From contig NW_005434539.1 of the NCBI RefSeq assembly GCF_000315625.1, positions 113,501-177,500 of the forward strand: DNA of 64,000 nt, written 5' to 3'. Origin of the DNA: Guillardia theta CCMP2712. Taxonomy: Eukaryota > Protista > Cryptophyta. This document shows positions 1 through 14,810 of this stretch, piece by piece. Every line of letters begins with the position of its first letter. Position 1 is the stretch's first letter. The position numbers were made by a program, and so were the translations under genes. The notes beneath the pieces were generated by a model. The model saw nothing but the letters and a program-made list of their open reading frames with translations. It was not told where the DNA came from and did not search any database.

Positions 1-1199
1 GTATCTCAACGCCATAAAGACAGTCGTGTAGAGAACGCCCATGACTCCTGTGCACGTCAAGTTAGGGATGCCCGTCGCACGTTCCCATAGGTGGTCACCG
101 AGCATGCTCGTGTATGAGAGCGCGGCCAGAGACCTCAAGCTGCTCAACCGGTCAGTCACTGGGCCTTGGGCGGAATGACAAGTATGCGACTGACAGGCAA
201 AGAGGCAGAAGAACGACCTGGAACAAAAAGCTCAGCAAGGATACCAGCAGAAACGACTACTCACCGCACTGATAGCAGCAAGCAGGTTGTTGCGCTCCGC
301 AGCCCAACCACGCACCTGCGAAAGGTGGTGAGTGAGACTTTGAAAGGGGGTTAGGAGAACGCTTACTCCGAGAGACTTCATGAGATCATTGCTGAGATCT
401 CCGATGATGATGGAATAGCAGATACAAGCCACCTGACAACACACTCTCTCAAAACACTTTCAGAAAGCTGAATATTACCATGGTCTGGCTGGTGCACGCC
501 ATACCCGGGATCCAGGCAGTTGCGGTGCTGATGGACTTAGCCCACGCTTCCTGTGCTCGCACCATGTCAGACATACTTGAGAGCTCTCTCAAGTCTCACC
601 TGATAGTTGTGGGCATCCACCATCCCACACACCTGACACATGAGTCAAACGGACTGGAAACCACTGCAGCAAAGGCACCTCGCCGATCAGAGCGTAGCAA
701 TATCCGCTGAGAATGGCAAAAGAAGCTGAAAGAAGCTGCAGCAAGGAAACGCTCAGTCGTTCGCTTAATTCAATCGCGGCTCACCAAGGCAGGAGCAAGC
801 ATCTTGGGGTTGTTGGTGAAACGAGCTACCGACGAGGAAAGGGACAGAACTCCAGAGCCAACGATCGCCTTGAAGAGGTAGAAGATGAAACCAGTGACAT
901 CCTGTTCTCCACCTCCTCTGAGGGGCGCCAGAGCTGATACATGCTCACTTCGACCACACATCAGAGGATTCATCCCTACCCTGGACACGGCGAACGGATC
1001 CATGCTTCAAACTTTCGCCCCTTTGAGCGAGAGAAGGATGACGCTGCCTAGTGTCAGGCAAACCTGATGGGATGGTGGTGGTTGGGACATGAAGCCCGTG
1101 GACAGCAGCCACGCAGGCCAAAGTAAGGCCCAAGAACTGCAGGAAGCCTGTCAGACGAGTTGCGACGGTCGCCTTCCTGCTCACCAGACTGGATCGCAT
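1..1199 (-). CDS. Amino-acid transporter, Aa_trans/AAAP (SLC36/38-like) family; multi-exon, 3' end beyond the window start
   Basis: Exon translations FIFYLFKAIVGSGVLSLS (TM1 G-x-G-x-L-x-L motif), CICYSIIIGDL, VVLLPLCL, LRSLAALSYTSMLG and GVMGVLYTTVFMALRY. N-terminus MRSSLVSRK...FLQFLGLTLACVAA is signal-peptide-like and is followed by LRGG. Start ATG at 1199 is tentative. Confidence 0.75.
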
Positions 1200-1999
1200 G
1201 ACCTCGACTTCTCCTGTAGCAGAACATACATAAGCCACTCAATCATGCTCATAATGATGAAAATGCTTGTGGTGCAAAAGGATTCATCTCGCGGACAAGC
1301 ACAAGAGTTCTGTATCCTCGCCTGCGATGTACTTGAGGACTGACTGTTTCAGCTACTCGGCCTTTCACTCTATTCACGCACGATCCAGTTAGGATACAAT
1401 GTCGATCTTCATCTAGACATGTTGTTCGCCTCAGGATCCACTACCTGTCGCGTCCTCTCATTCGCTGGTACCCTGGCCTACAATGAAAATGCTTTTTCCT
1501 ACTCATCACTGCGAACCCTGGATGAGAGATAAAATCTATGCCCTTTCCGCCACCATCAAGCAAGCTCAGCAGCAGCATCGCTTCCTGTACTGGCGATTCT
1601 CCTCCAAGGCCCCTCATGAGCGCAAGAGCTCGCGGCCGCTCTGCATCGTGCAGCCATGAAGCGGCGGAGGATCGATGGGGTACTTCTCGAAGAGGAAGGA
1701 CAAGGGGTGGTCCGAGTCCTTCGAATAGATGGACCCCTCATATACCCCACTTTTGTACCGGTCTGTATCTACTAGTGATTCGTTTGTAGGTGGGGTGGCC
1801 GTGGCAGGGGAATGTGAGGAAGGGATCTCTGTTCCAATGGATGCTGGCGTACACTGAAAAGCTTCTAGAGAGGAAAACACGCCAAGTGAGATACAACTAT
1901 CTCACAGCTCTTGATTTTCAGTACTTGATATCATTGTATTTGAATTTTCGAATTACATTGTAATATTTCAACGATCAAACAATTTTCGAATTGAACAAA

Positions 2000-3075
2000 T
2001 ACGGCGGGCGGCGGCCGGGCCGGGCCCGGAGGAGTCGATGCGAGTCGGACGGCCGCGGGCGTCACCGAGTCACTGACCGCCGGGCGGCCGGGCCGGGCCG
2101 GCACGGTTCACGGTTGCGGCGCCGCACTGCGGCCGCTGTACGGTCGGCGAGCCTCGGAGTCACTGCACCGCCGAAGCACGGCCCCAGTTCCCGAGTCCGA
2201 CGAGTCCGGTCCCACGGACCGTGTCGGGACGGTCCGACGGTCGGCCCGGACTCGCCGTCGAGGTAGTCCTGCGGCGGAGTCCGACTGCACTGAACTCCGG
2301 ACTCGAATCACAAGTTGGGCTGGCCGCTGAACTTCACATTGAACAGTGGCCATCATGCGGCATCGGATGCTGGCCTGACTCCGCCGCACGGCCGACTGTC
2401 CGCCGGGTCCGACACTCACGGTCACGGTGTGACAGACTCGGGGGCCGTGGCACGCGGCAGCCGCTGGCCGGGCACGGCAGCCGCTGTACCCGGTGACCGT
2501 CCGGTCGCGCGGCGCCGGCGGCCCGCGGCGAGCCTTCGGAATTCCGATCACGAGCCGCCTCAGTGCCACCGTTGTTCACCGTCCGAGGCAGGTTTGAAGT
2601 GAGAACAAAATAGCAAATATACTTCCGAGTTTACTTACTAATTCAAGTTAAGTTAAAGATCCGACGGGAGGGCCCGAGTACGGTACGAGGACAACTGTCA
2701 GGCCCTGAGAGTCGAGGAGGCTTGACCCTGACTCCAGTGACACTGTCGCACAGGCCACTGAAACGGCGAGAAGAGAAAAGACAGTCACGGAGAACTTAAC
2801 TCAAACCGTCCCAAGTTCGGCTGCCGGCCGGCGGTTGGCCGGGCCGCAACCGCCGGCCGGGCCGCGTCCCGGGCCGCCCCTTGCCGAAGCAAACTTGAAA
2901 CTTTGAAATATGGCAATAATTCAGCCCGCTAGTAGTGCCAGCCTTGCCATGATGGAATGATCAGGGCCAAGATTTAACAAAGATCATCGATCGGATCGTC
3001 AAAGCCTGCCGTCCGAGTGTCCGGTATCGGAGCCTGGCACTGAAAACCGTGGCCCCGGCGGCTGGCAGTAACTTG
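2000..3075. repeat. GC-rich palindrome-dense island 1, containing a degenerate copy of the dispersed repeat core
   Basis: Saturated with short palindromes (gccgcaCtgcggc 2121-2133, ccgacGgtcgg 2234-2244, gcatcGgatgc 2360-2370). 2633-2807 aligns to 8391-8511 with extra short insertions. Confidence 0.7.
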
Positions 3076-3384
3076 CAGTGACGGTGGCAAGTAACCTTGA
3101 AAGAAGCCTTCAAGCGATGCTGTCACTGGCCAGCTGTGGCAGTCACGTAGCAACCGGCGGAAAAAATCATCATGTTTCTAACAATTTCAGGCTTTCCTGG
3201 GTCCCTTGACTGCAAATATGATGATGCAGCCTGATCACTTGGTAGTAAGATCCATAACAGTTGTGTCGACTGACACCTGAGTCTGTCCAGGCACTTTAAC
3301 CTTCAGGTTCTCGAGCTGCAGCTTGAAGAACAAGAAGAATGTGACTCTTGACTTGAAAATTTGATTCCATAGCACTCTTCTCTT

Positions 3385-3993
3385 CTATGCCCGCGTGCCA
3401 TCCCTTCCTCCGTCCCCTCCCTCCACCATGCGCTGTATACCTCTCCCCTCGCACACCCCCGTCTCCTCGCTCAGCCCTCCTCCCTCCGCTCCCTCCGCTC
3501 TCCTGCTCTCTTCCTCCATCCTCGCGCTCGTCGCAGCGTCGCCCTTGCGGAAGTACCTCCGGACTCTCGGGCGCCCGTCCTTGGAGCCCACGGGCCTCCC
3601 CGGCCCTGCCCGGCGTCTCGCCGGCCTCTGCGCCAGCTCCTCTGCCGTCCACAGCGCCGTCGTCGCTCGCGTCCACGTCCGCCGGCTCCAGACGTCTCGC
3701 ACGGTCTTGGGGCTTGTGCCGTACTGGAGGGCGACCTCAGCGCTTCGCCGGGAGAGGGAGAGCTTGTCGAAGGGGGGGGGAGGCTTTTCGCGGTAGATCT
3801 TGTAGGCGAGGTCGGCAGTGAGGACGCGGGGGCGGAAGAAGCCTTGGGGAGGCTGCGGGAGGGGAGGGGGACTGGGGTCTTGGGTGTGGAGCATGCCGGG
3901 AGGTCTGGGGAAGGGATGAAGGGGAGGAGGAGGAGTCTTGCTGACGAGCTGCATGCTTGCAGAAGTAACAGGTATCTGACAGGTCTTGGTCAT
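3385..3993 (-). CDS. Putative HTH DNA-binding protein with AT-hook-like motif, copy 1
   Basis: VLTADLAYKIY...SAEVALQYGTSPKTVRDVWSRRTW resembles a psq/CENP-B-N-type helix-turn-helix; GRPVGSKDGRPR is AT-hook-like. The core is nearly identical to copies 2 and 3. Start codon uncertain. Confidence 0.6.
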   Translation of the reverse strand: MTKTCQIPVTSASMQLVSKTPPPPLHPFPRPPGMLHTQDPSPPPLPQPPQGFFRPRVLTADLAYKIYREKPPPPFDKLSLSRRSAEVALQYGTSPKTVRDVWSRRTWTRATTALWTAEELAQRPARRRAGPGRPVGSKDGRPRVRRYFRKGDAATSARMEEESRRAEGAEGGGLSEETGVCEGRGIQRMVEGGDGGRDGTRA

Positions 3994-4558
3994 CTTTGGT
4001 GGTGGCGTTATCCAATTTTTGCTGATTGAGCAATGATAACAGTTTTTGCAAGGAAAAATTAGTAGCCTTGTTATGTTGATTGGTTTGTCTTGTCACTCAG
4101 CAGATTCTCTTATTACATGATGGTGCATACTGAACGAGTTTCCATCGACATCTTGAAAGGCGGTGATAGATAGGGGATGCAAGCTCGGGAACCTGATGCA
4201 GAGGCGGGGACAATCTCTAAGAAAAAAAAAAAGGTCGGTATCGTGACATAAAAAATTAATATTTTTCGTATTCGAAAAGTTTTTGTTTCCATGGGGATAA
4301 TTGGCCCTCTTAAAGTTTTTTTTTGTCATGGAACAGAACCACTTTGTTCCGAGAGCTGTAGACTATGTGTTCTCGTTTTAGTTCAACAACATGACACTCA
4401 ACAAGTGAACCAAGACAGAATCATAGAAGAACTAAAGATTAACGTCTCCCTGGCTCGCTTTCGAAGTAAAGCATCAAGTTGAACTCGCCAGACGCAGAAA
4501 TCTACTATTGGACGTCGATCGTTTGTGCATCAATGATTCTCATAATGTTTACTCAAAT

Positions 4559-5395
4559 TCATGTATGAATGCAACAAACCTTCTGTTTGAAATCAGTCTG
4601 AGTGACCTCTGGTCCAGCGAATAGTCCACCAAGTTCCCACACCTCCATCCCACGATGCTCAGCGTGCTCCATCTCCTCTCCTGCTCTAAAACATCTTCCT
4701 TCCATACCTTCTGTTCTTATCCCATTCCCCAGAATCAACGCCCTTGAGGCGTTCATCACTCCTCCCACGTATCCTTCCCTTCTCTCTCCAAGTGCCCTCC
4801 CTTCCTCCGTCCCCTCCCTCCACCAAGCGCTGTATACCTCTCCCCTCGCACACCCCGTCTCCTCGCTCAGCCCTCCTCCCTCCGCTCCCTCCGCTCTCCT
4901 GCTCTCTTCCTCCATCCTCGCGCTCGTCGCAGCGTCGCCCTTGCGGAAGTACCTCCGGACTCTCGGGCGCCCGTCCTTGGAGCCCACGGGCCTCCCCGGC
5001 CCTGCCCGGCGTCTCGCCGGCCTCTGCGCCAGCTCCTCTGCCGTCCACAGCGCCGTCGTCGCTCGCGTCCACGTCCGCCGGCTCCAGACGTCTCGCACGG
5101 TCTTGGGGCTCGTGCCGTACTGGAGGGCGACCTCGGCGCTTCGCCGGGAGAGGGAGAGCTTGTCGAAGGGGGGGGGAGGCTTTTCGCGGTAGATCTTGTA
5201 GGCGAGGTCGGCAGTGAGGACGCGGGGGCGGAAGAAGCCTTGGGGAGGCTGCGGGAGGGGAGGGCGACAGGCTGACGGGGCGAGGTCTTGGGTGTGGAGC
5301 ATGTCGGGAGGTCTGGGGAAAGGGAGGGGTTGGGGGGGGAAGGGATTGGTGTGGAGCATGAGAGAGGGATCAAGGGCTGGAGGGGTAGATGGCAT
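4559..5395 (-). CDS. Putative HTH DNA-binding protein with AT-hook-like motif, copy 2
   Basis: 278-aa ATG-initiated ORF with the same core as copies 1 and 3. A small indel near 4850 changes the C-terminal frame relative to the other copies. Confidence 0.6.
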   Translation of the reverse strand: MPSTPPALDPSLMLHTNPFPPQPLPFPRPPDMLHTQDLAPSACRPPLPQPPQGFFRPRVLTADLAYKIYREKPPPPFDKLSLSRRSAEVALQYGTSPKTVRDVWSRRTWTRATTALWTAEELAQRPARRRAGPGRPVGSKDGRPRVRRYFRKGDAATSARMEEESRRAEGAEGGGLSEETGCARGEVYSAWWREGTEEGRALGERREGYVGGVMNASRALILGNGIRTEGMEGRCFRAGEEMEHAEHRGMEVWELGGLFAGPEVTQTDFKQKVCCIHT

Positions 5396-6579
5396 GGGGT
5401 AGACGCAAGGTGTGAGGAGGGAAGGGAGGTGGTAGAGGAGTGTGGAAGTCGAGGAACTGCACCAGGGTAAATCTTGTCTGAGGGGAGGGGGGGGGAGGGG
5501 GGATAGGGATTAAAAGGGCCAGCTGTCGAGTTTTGCCTATCAATCGCAACGGTTGGTCCCAGTTGGTCACCTGACTCGCTGCTCTGCCAATTCCGTTACG
5601 ATATACCGTCGATACCGTTACATCTCCCATCCAAAAAGAGCGATTTCAAACGACGAGCAATACTGTTTCCGACGAAGAAGTTTGCGTCAGAATGAGAAGG
5701 ATGTACAACAAAATGGCGCGCAGAGCTGGCTGCTGCTAAAATGCAAGGCACGTTTGGAGTCCTACGCTGAGATATGGTCAGTGAACAGCAGATTTCATGT
5801 CATCAGCTGTGTAGGAGTCAGAGGATATGATGGAGGAAGTTGATAGAAAGTATTTCTACGATCTCTGGTGCAATCGAACGCAATAGGAAAGAGGGTCTGT
5901 GCTTAACAATCAGACTTAAACTCTTGAGTCTTGTAGATCTGCAATACATCAGCACCAGCTAAGGTTGCTTGAACGTCATTCCTGCTCTCATCACGTTTAC
6001 TCTGCTCTGACTTCTCCTCAATTACATGCAGATAGCAAAGCTGCTTCATCTTGAAACTTAAACTTATTGTTAATAATTGCTATTCCTTCTTGCTGTAGCA
6101 TTGCCAGGCCGTGTACATGATCATCTGACTTCAAGTTAGCAACCTGTCAACTTTGGAGGTGTCATTTACTTCAAGGAAACGTAGTGGTGTGTATTCGCTC
6201 CATCGCAGCAGGTTGTAATCTGGTTGGCATTCACTTAGCATTGGAGTTGAGAAAACAACCCTGGCTTCAGACTAGGAGTGATCCTGATTTGATTGCAGGT
6301 CCACAAGCAGCGCTGCATATTTTTGAATGTGCTCTACTTGAGCATGATTTTTGTCTCTTGACGAGGTTTTGTGGGGCAAATGAACATACCTGGTTGAGAG
6401 TTGAGTGGAGATACACTGAAACGATATGATCAATGTTCTCGTATTTCTTATAACATAAAACTTGAAATTGGTAGGCAGTCTCGGTTCCTTCCTGAAAGAT
6501 AACCCCCTTCCCAGGTAAATACTGTTGCACCGCATCAGTTGGCCAGTGAAAAAAATGTAAAACAAGAGTAACGGATGCT

Positions 6580-7371
6580 CTAAGACAAGGAATCTCCCCG
6601 CTGCTCATCCTTTACATGACCTCTGGCCTTAACACCTTGATCTCTCATTCTCCGCACGCCGTCCCTTCCTCCGTCCCCTCCCACCACCATGTGCTGCATA
6701 CCTCTCCCCTCGCACACCCCCGTCTCCTCGCTCAGCCCTCCTCCCTCCGCTCCCTCCGCTCTCCTGCTCTCTTCCTCCATCCTCGCGCTCGTCGCAGCGT
6801 CGCCCTTGCGGAAGTACCTCCGGACTCTCGGGCGCCCGTCCTTGGAGCCCACGGGCCTCCCCGGCCCTGCCCGGCGTCTCGCCGGCCTCTGCGCCAGCTC
6901 CTCTGCCGTCCACAGCGCCGTCGTCGCTCGCGTCCACGTCCGCCGGCTCCAGACGTCTCGCACGGTCTTGGGGCTTGTGCCGTACTGGAGGGCGACCTCA
7001 GCGCTTCGCCGGGAGAGGGAGAGCTTGTCGAAGAGGGGGGGAGGCTTCTCGCGGTAGATCTTGTAGGCGAGGTCGGCAGTGAGGACGCGGGGGCGGAAGA
7101 AGCCTTGGGGAGGCTGCGGGAGGGGAGGGCGACAGGCGGACAGGGAAGGGTCTTGGGTGTGGAGCATGTCGGGAGCTCTGGGGAAAGGGAGGGGTTGGGG
7201 GGGGAAGGGATCGGTGTGGAGCATGAGAGAGGGATCAAGGCTTGGAGGGGTAGATGGCATGGGGTAGACGCAAGGTGTGAGGAGGGAAGGGAGGTGGTTG
7301 AGGAGTGTGGAGGAGAGGAGAGGTTGCTTGGTGTAAGCCGAGGGGCAAAGAGCCCAAGGGCGCTGAGCCAA
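6580..7371 (-). CDS. Putative HTH DNA-binding protein with AT-hook-like motif, copy 3
   Basis: Same core. The likely true start is the MPSTPP ATG near 7260, matching copy 2. Confidence 0.6.
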   Translation of the reverse strand: MAQRPWALCPSAYTKQPLLSSTLLNHLPSLLTPCVYPMPSTPPSLDPSLMLHTDPFPPQPLPFPRAPDMLHTQDPSLSACRPPLPQPPQGFFRPRVLTADLAYKIYREKPPPLFDKLSLSRRSAEVALQYGTSPKTVRDVWSRRTWTRATTALWTAEELAQRPARRRAGPGRPVGSKDGRPRVRRYFRKGDAATSARMEEESRRAEGAEGGGLSEETGVCEGRGMQHMVVGGDGGRDGVRRMRDQGVKARGHVKDEQRGDSLS

Positions 7372-7619
7372 AAAAAAGGGGGGGGACTAAAAGGAGTGGG
7401 GGGACGGACCTTACGAAAAGGAGCTTTTTGGTGAGTTGAAAGGGCCAGCAATTTTCGGCTACAACTCTTTTTGCACGTCTGTAGTAAAAGGGCCAGGTTA
7501 CCGTGATAGACGATCCGATCTGACTGCCAGGCTGGCTTCAACTGTCAGTCTCAATTTAGCTACACTAAAAAAAACCTCAGTAGCCCGCACCTTTCAACCT
7601 GGCAAGTTTCGAGTTTGTC

Positions 7620-8515
7620 CCGAAGTGACGGTCAGTCAGTGGCCAGTGCAGTGGGCGGGCCCAGGCTCAGCTGGCTCACAGTCACCGGGTCCGTCCGATC
7701 AACGTGGCACCCCCGGCGGACGATCGGACAGACCGTATCATACAGTAGTATGGCCGCCGGGCGGCGGGCCACCCGGCCCCCATTTGCCGCAGCCTCGGCA
7801 GTGCACTGCAGGCTGGGACGTGACGCCCGGCCGTTCAAGTCCGCCGGTCCGGGCCGGGCCGATCCGTACTGTACCGTACTCACGGTAGTACTTCCGAGTC
7901 AAGTTCCGGCGCCGCACTGGCAAGTCCGGTGGTCCGATCGAGCTTCCGATTAGGCTACTGTCAGTGTGTGCCACGGTGCCCGGCCAGGACACGGACCGTA
8001 CGGTCCCCCGGCCCCCGGTAAGCTTGACAGTGACTCACTGTCAGGTCCTAGCCTCCCCGCGGCCGGGCCGCCGCCCTCGGCGCCGCGACCGGCCCGGGGC
8101 CGGCCGCGGGGGGCAAACCCGGAGCCGGCGGCCCGGGGCGGCGGCCCCCCGGCCCCCCCGTCACGGCGTCCTGGGCCGGCCCGGGCTCCTCGCGGCCGCG
8201 GCGAGTCGGATCGGACTCCGGGACTCCTGCCGGGCAGGGAACGCCGGTCACTGCCGTGCCCTGGCCGGGCCCGGTACGGTACTGGTAGGCTTGGTCACCT
8301 GGCTCGCGGCCCGCCCAACTGGCAAAGCGGCCTGAAGCCGGGTCCGAGTGTGACCCGGCCCTGACGGTACGACGGTACAGTACGGATCTTCTTTACTCAA
8401 AGTTAAGTTAAAAATCAGTACGAGGACAATAATGAGAGTCGAGGAGGCTTGACCCTGACACTGTCGCACAGGCCAAACGGCGAGAAGGGAAAAGACAGCG
8501 AGAACCAAACCAGGA
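7620..8515. repeat. GC-rich palindrome-dense island 2, with the best-preserved dispersed repeat core (8391-8511)
   Basis: Core CTTTACTCAAAGTT(AAGTT)AAAAATCAGTACGAGGACAATAATGAGAGTCGAGGAGGCTTGACCCTGACACTGTCGC... also occurs at 2633-2807, 21566-21596 (reverse) and 52292-52333. Confidence 0.7.
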
Positions 8516-8636
8516 TACTATCACTAGTGTCGGACAAATTGATTACTGGCCAGAAGTTGGGGATGAGGGCTACACTGCTTGTCAACGGAAATGCCTGCGA
8601 TCGAGCCGTTCGACCGACCGCAAGGTGACGTCCGAT

Positions 8637-8637
<1 letters not shown>

Positions 8638-8667
<30 letters not shown>

Positions 8668-8824
8668 CGAAGCCTTCTCCTGCTCCTGCTCCTGCCGAAG
8701 CCTTCTCCTGCTCCTGCTCCTGCTCCTGCCGAAGCCTTCTCCTGCTCCTGCTCCTGCCGAAGCCTTCTCCTGCTCCTGCTCCTGCTCCTGCCGAAGCCTT
8801 CTCCTGCTCCTTCTCCTGCTCCTT

Positions 8825-8855
<31 letters not shown>

Positions 8856-9062
8856 CGAAGCCTTCTCCTGCTCCTTCTCCTGCTCCTTCTCCTGCTCCTT
8901 CTCCTGCTCCTTCTCCTTCTCCTTCTCCTTCTCCTTCTCCTTCTCCTTCTCCTTCTCCTGCTCCTTCTTCTTCTCCTCCTCCTTCTCCTGCTCTTTTTCC
9001 TTCCGAGTCCTGCTCCTGCCCCTGCCCCTGCCCCTGCCCCTGCCCCTGCCCCTGCCCCTGCC
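8638..9062. repeat. Compound microsatellite (CCTGCT)n/(CCTTCT)n/(CCTGCC)n with an interspersed GCCGAAGCCTT unit
   Basis: Direct reading of hexamer runs. Confidence 0.9.
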
Positions 9063-9289
9063 CACAGTTCTTCTGCTCCATATCCTGATCAACCCTTTTC
9101 CCACCCGCCACTCTCTCTTCCTAATTTCTCCTCCTGTCGCCCCAAGTCCTCTGATGATCTTCATTGCTGCTCACCTTCCCCTCTTCCCTCCTGCTGTTAT
9201 CTCGCCTTTGTCCTAACAGTCTCTTTCCTCATGTCTTTGCTTTCTGCACTCCGTACTCACTACTTTGACGCACCTCGTTTCAGTCGATG

Positions 9290-13390
<4,101 letters not shown>

Positions 13391-13444
13391 TTCAACGTGT
13401 ATCGAGGTGTATGAAGTTAGATTGATCTTGTCTTCTCCCCCCTG

Positions 13445-14810
13445 TCAGCACATGGAATGATCCGCGCTCTCACGCTTTCCCTCGGAGTCATCGGAATGAG
13501 ACTTTTCGCTCAGCGTCCCGGCGTTTCTCTTCATGGCTCGTAGGATCTTGTTGATGTCGTTGAACTCCTGCTTGTCTCCGTTCTTCGCCTTCCCGTTGCC
13601 GACCTCAAGATCGTCCTCGGAGCCCGAGTCGTCCTTCTTCTTTCCCTTGCCCGACTTCTTCTTCTTTCCCTTGTTCTTCTTCTCACTCTCCGATTCGCTG
13701 CTGTGATGATCGTCGTCGTCGGCGCCTCCTCGATGCTTCCTCCTGTAGTCCCGCGCGTCTCCTTTCTTCTTCCTCTTCGGCCTCGAGTCATCCGACTCCT
13801 CGTCGCTCAACCTGATCCTGTCCTCTAGATGCGCCGGCGCCAGCTCCCACTTCTGCCTCCTCTTTGACTTCCTCACCGAGCCGATGACGCGTCCGAACAT
13901 CCGGATGTTGACTTCATCGTTGGGGGGAGCATTCTTCTCATGGTTCAGCCCAAACGGATCGTCGGCCTCCGGCTTCTCCTGTCCTGGAAGGCATGCAGGG
14001 TCCCACTTCCCTTCCAACACGCCCCATGCCGTGCTCCACAGGATCACTCCGTAGGTGTTCTTGCAGAGCCCGTCGGCGAGGAGGTACAGGATAGCGCTCA
14101 CGTTCTCATGAATGACGCAGACGCCAGTGGGGGATATCAGCCATACGATGGGGAACATGGTCCATGCGATGAAGAAGATGAGTCTGAGCATCTTGATTCT
14201 CACCACCACCTTCTGAGCCAGCGGAGTCCCCACGCTCTCAAACCCGTACAGCCCGACTTGAAAGATGGTGAAGACAACTGAGTACTCAAAGACCAGGCAC
14301 GTGGCCCCGAAGAAGAAAAAGAGCCACTTCATGTACTCGGCGGGAGAGATAGTCGCCGTGATTCCCATCACCACTCGGATGATGGAGGCTGCTTGCGCGA
14401 TGGGATTCAACGGGATGCTCTTGTACTTCACCAGCGCCATGTTGCTGATCTGCCCGAGCATGATAGGGCAAGTGCACAACCAGGATGCCATGCGCGACCA
14501 AGGAAAGAAGCGCCCGTCCCTCATCTGCAACGTGCCGTTTCCAGTAGAAGCGAGGGCATAGGTGATGCTTTCAACGAAGGGAAGGTAAACAGATTCCCAT
14601 GGCACCTTCGGGGCTCGAGAGATCATAAAGATCGTCTGGCATCCGCTGACAACAGCCTGTCAACAACCGTCATGCTCAAGGTCAAGCTCAAACATCTTTC
14701 AGTACCCAGACCAGCTGCAGCAATGAGACAAAGGTGCTGTCGATCCTTGACATGTTGTAACATTCTGTATGCGTACTCGCCCATTCTCCATAAACGACTT
14801 GGCTTGCCAT
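13445..14810 (-). CDS. ACR2: Anion channelrhodopsin 2 (light-gated anion channel), 438 aa; exons 14810-14706 and 14656-13445
   Basis: A 49-nt GT..AG intron (14705-14657) joins MASQVVYGEWASTHTECYNMSRIDSTFVSLLQLVW to AVVSGCQTIFMISRAPKVPWE. 7TM domain with TM3 PWSRMASWLCTCP (R90; S93 at the BR-Asp85 position; C98), TM2 E64 and TM7 ADGLCKN (D230, retinal K234). Matches GtACR2 as I recall it. About 150-aa charged cytoplasmic tail. Confidence 0.97.

Noticed and set aside
1991-2602. Arg/Gly/Pro-rich ORFs in the GC-rich islands (also 7436-8364, 16100-17200, 21686-22076, 35469-36068)
   Set aside because: Expected by chance at very high GC; no motifs, and open in several overlapping frames.
13445-14626. 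ORF-track start MISRAPK as the ACR2 N-terminus
   Set aside because: It would lack TM1. An upstream exon (14810-14706) and a canonical 49-nt intron give the complete protein.
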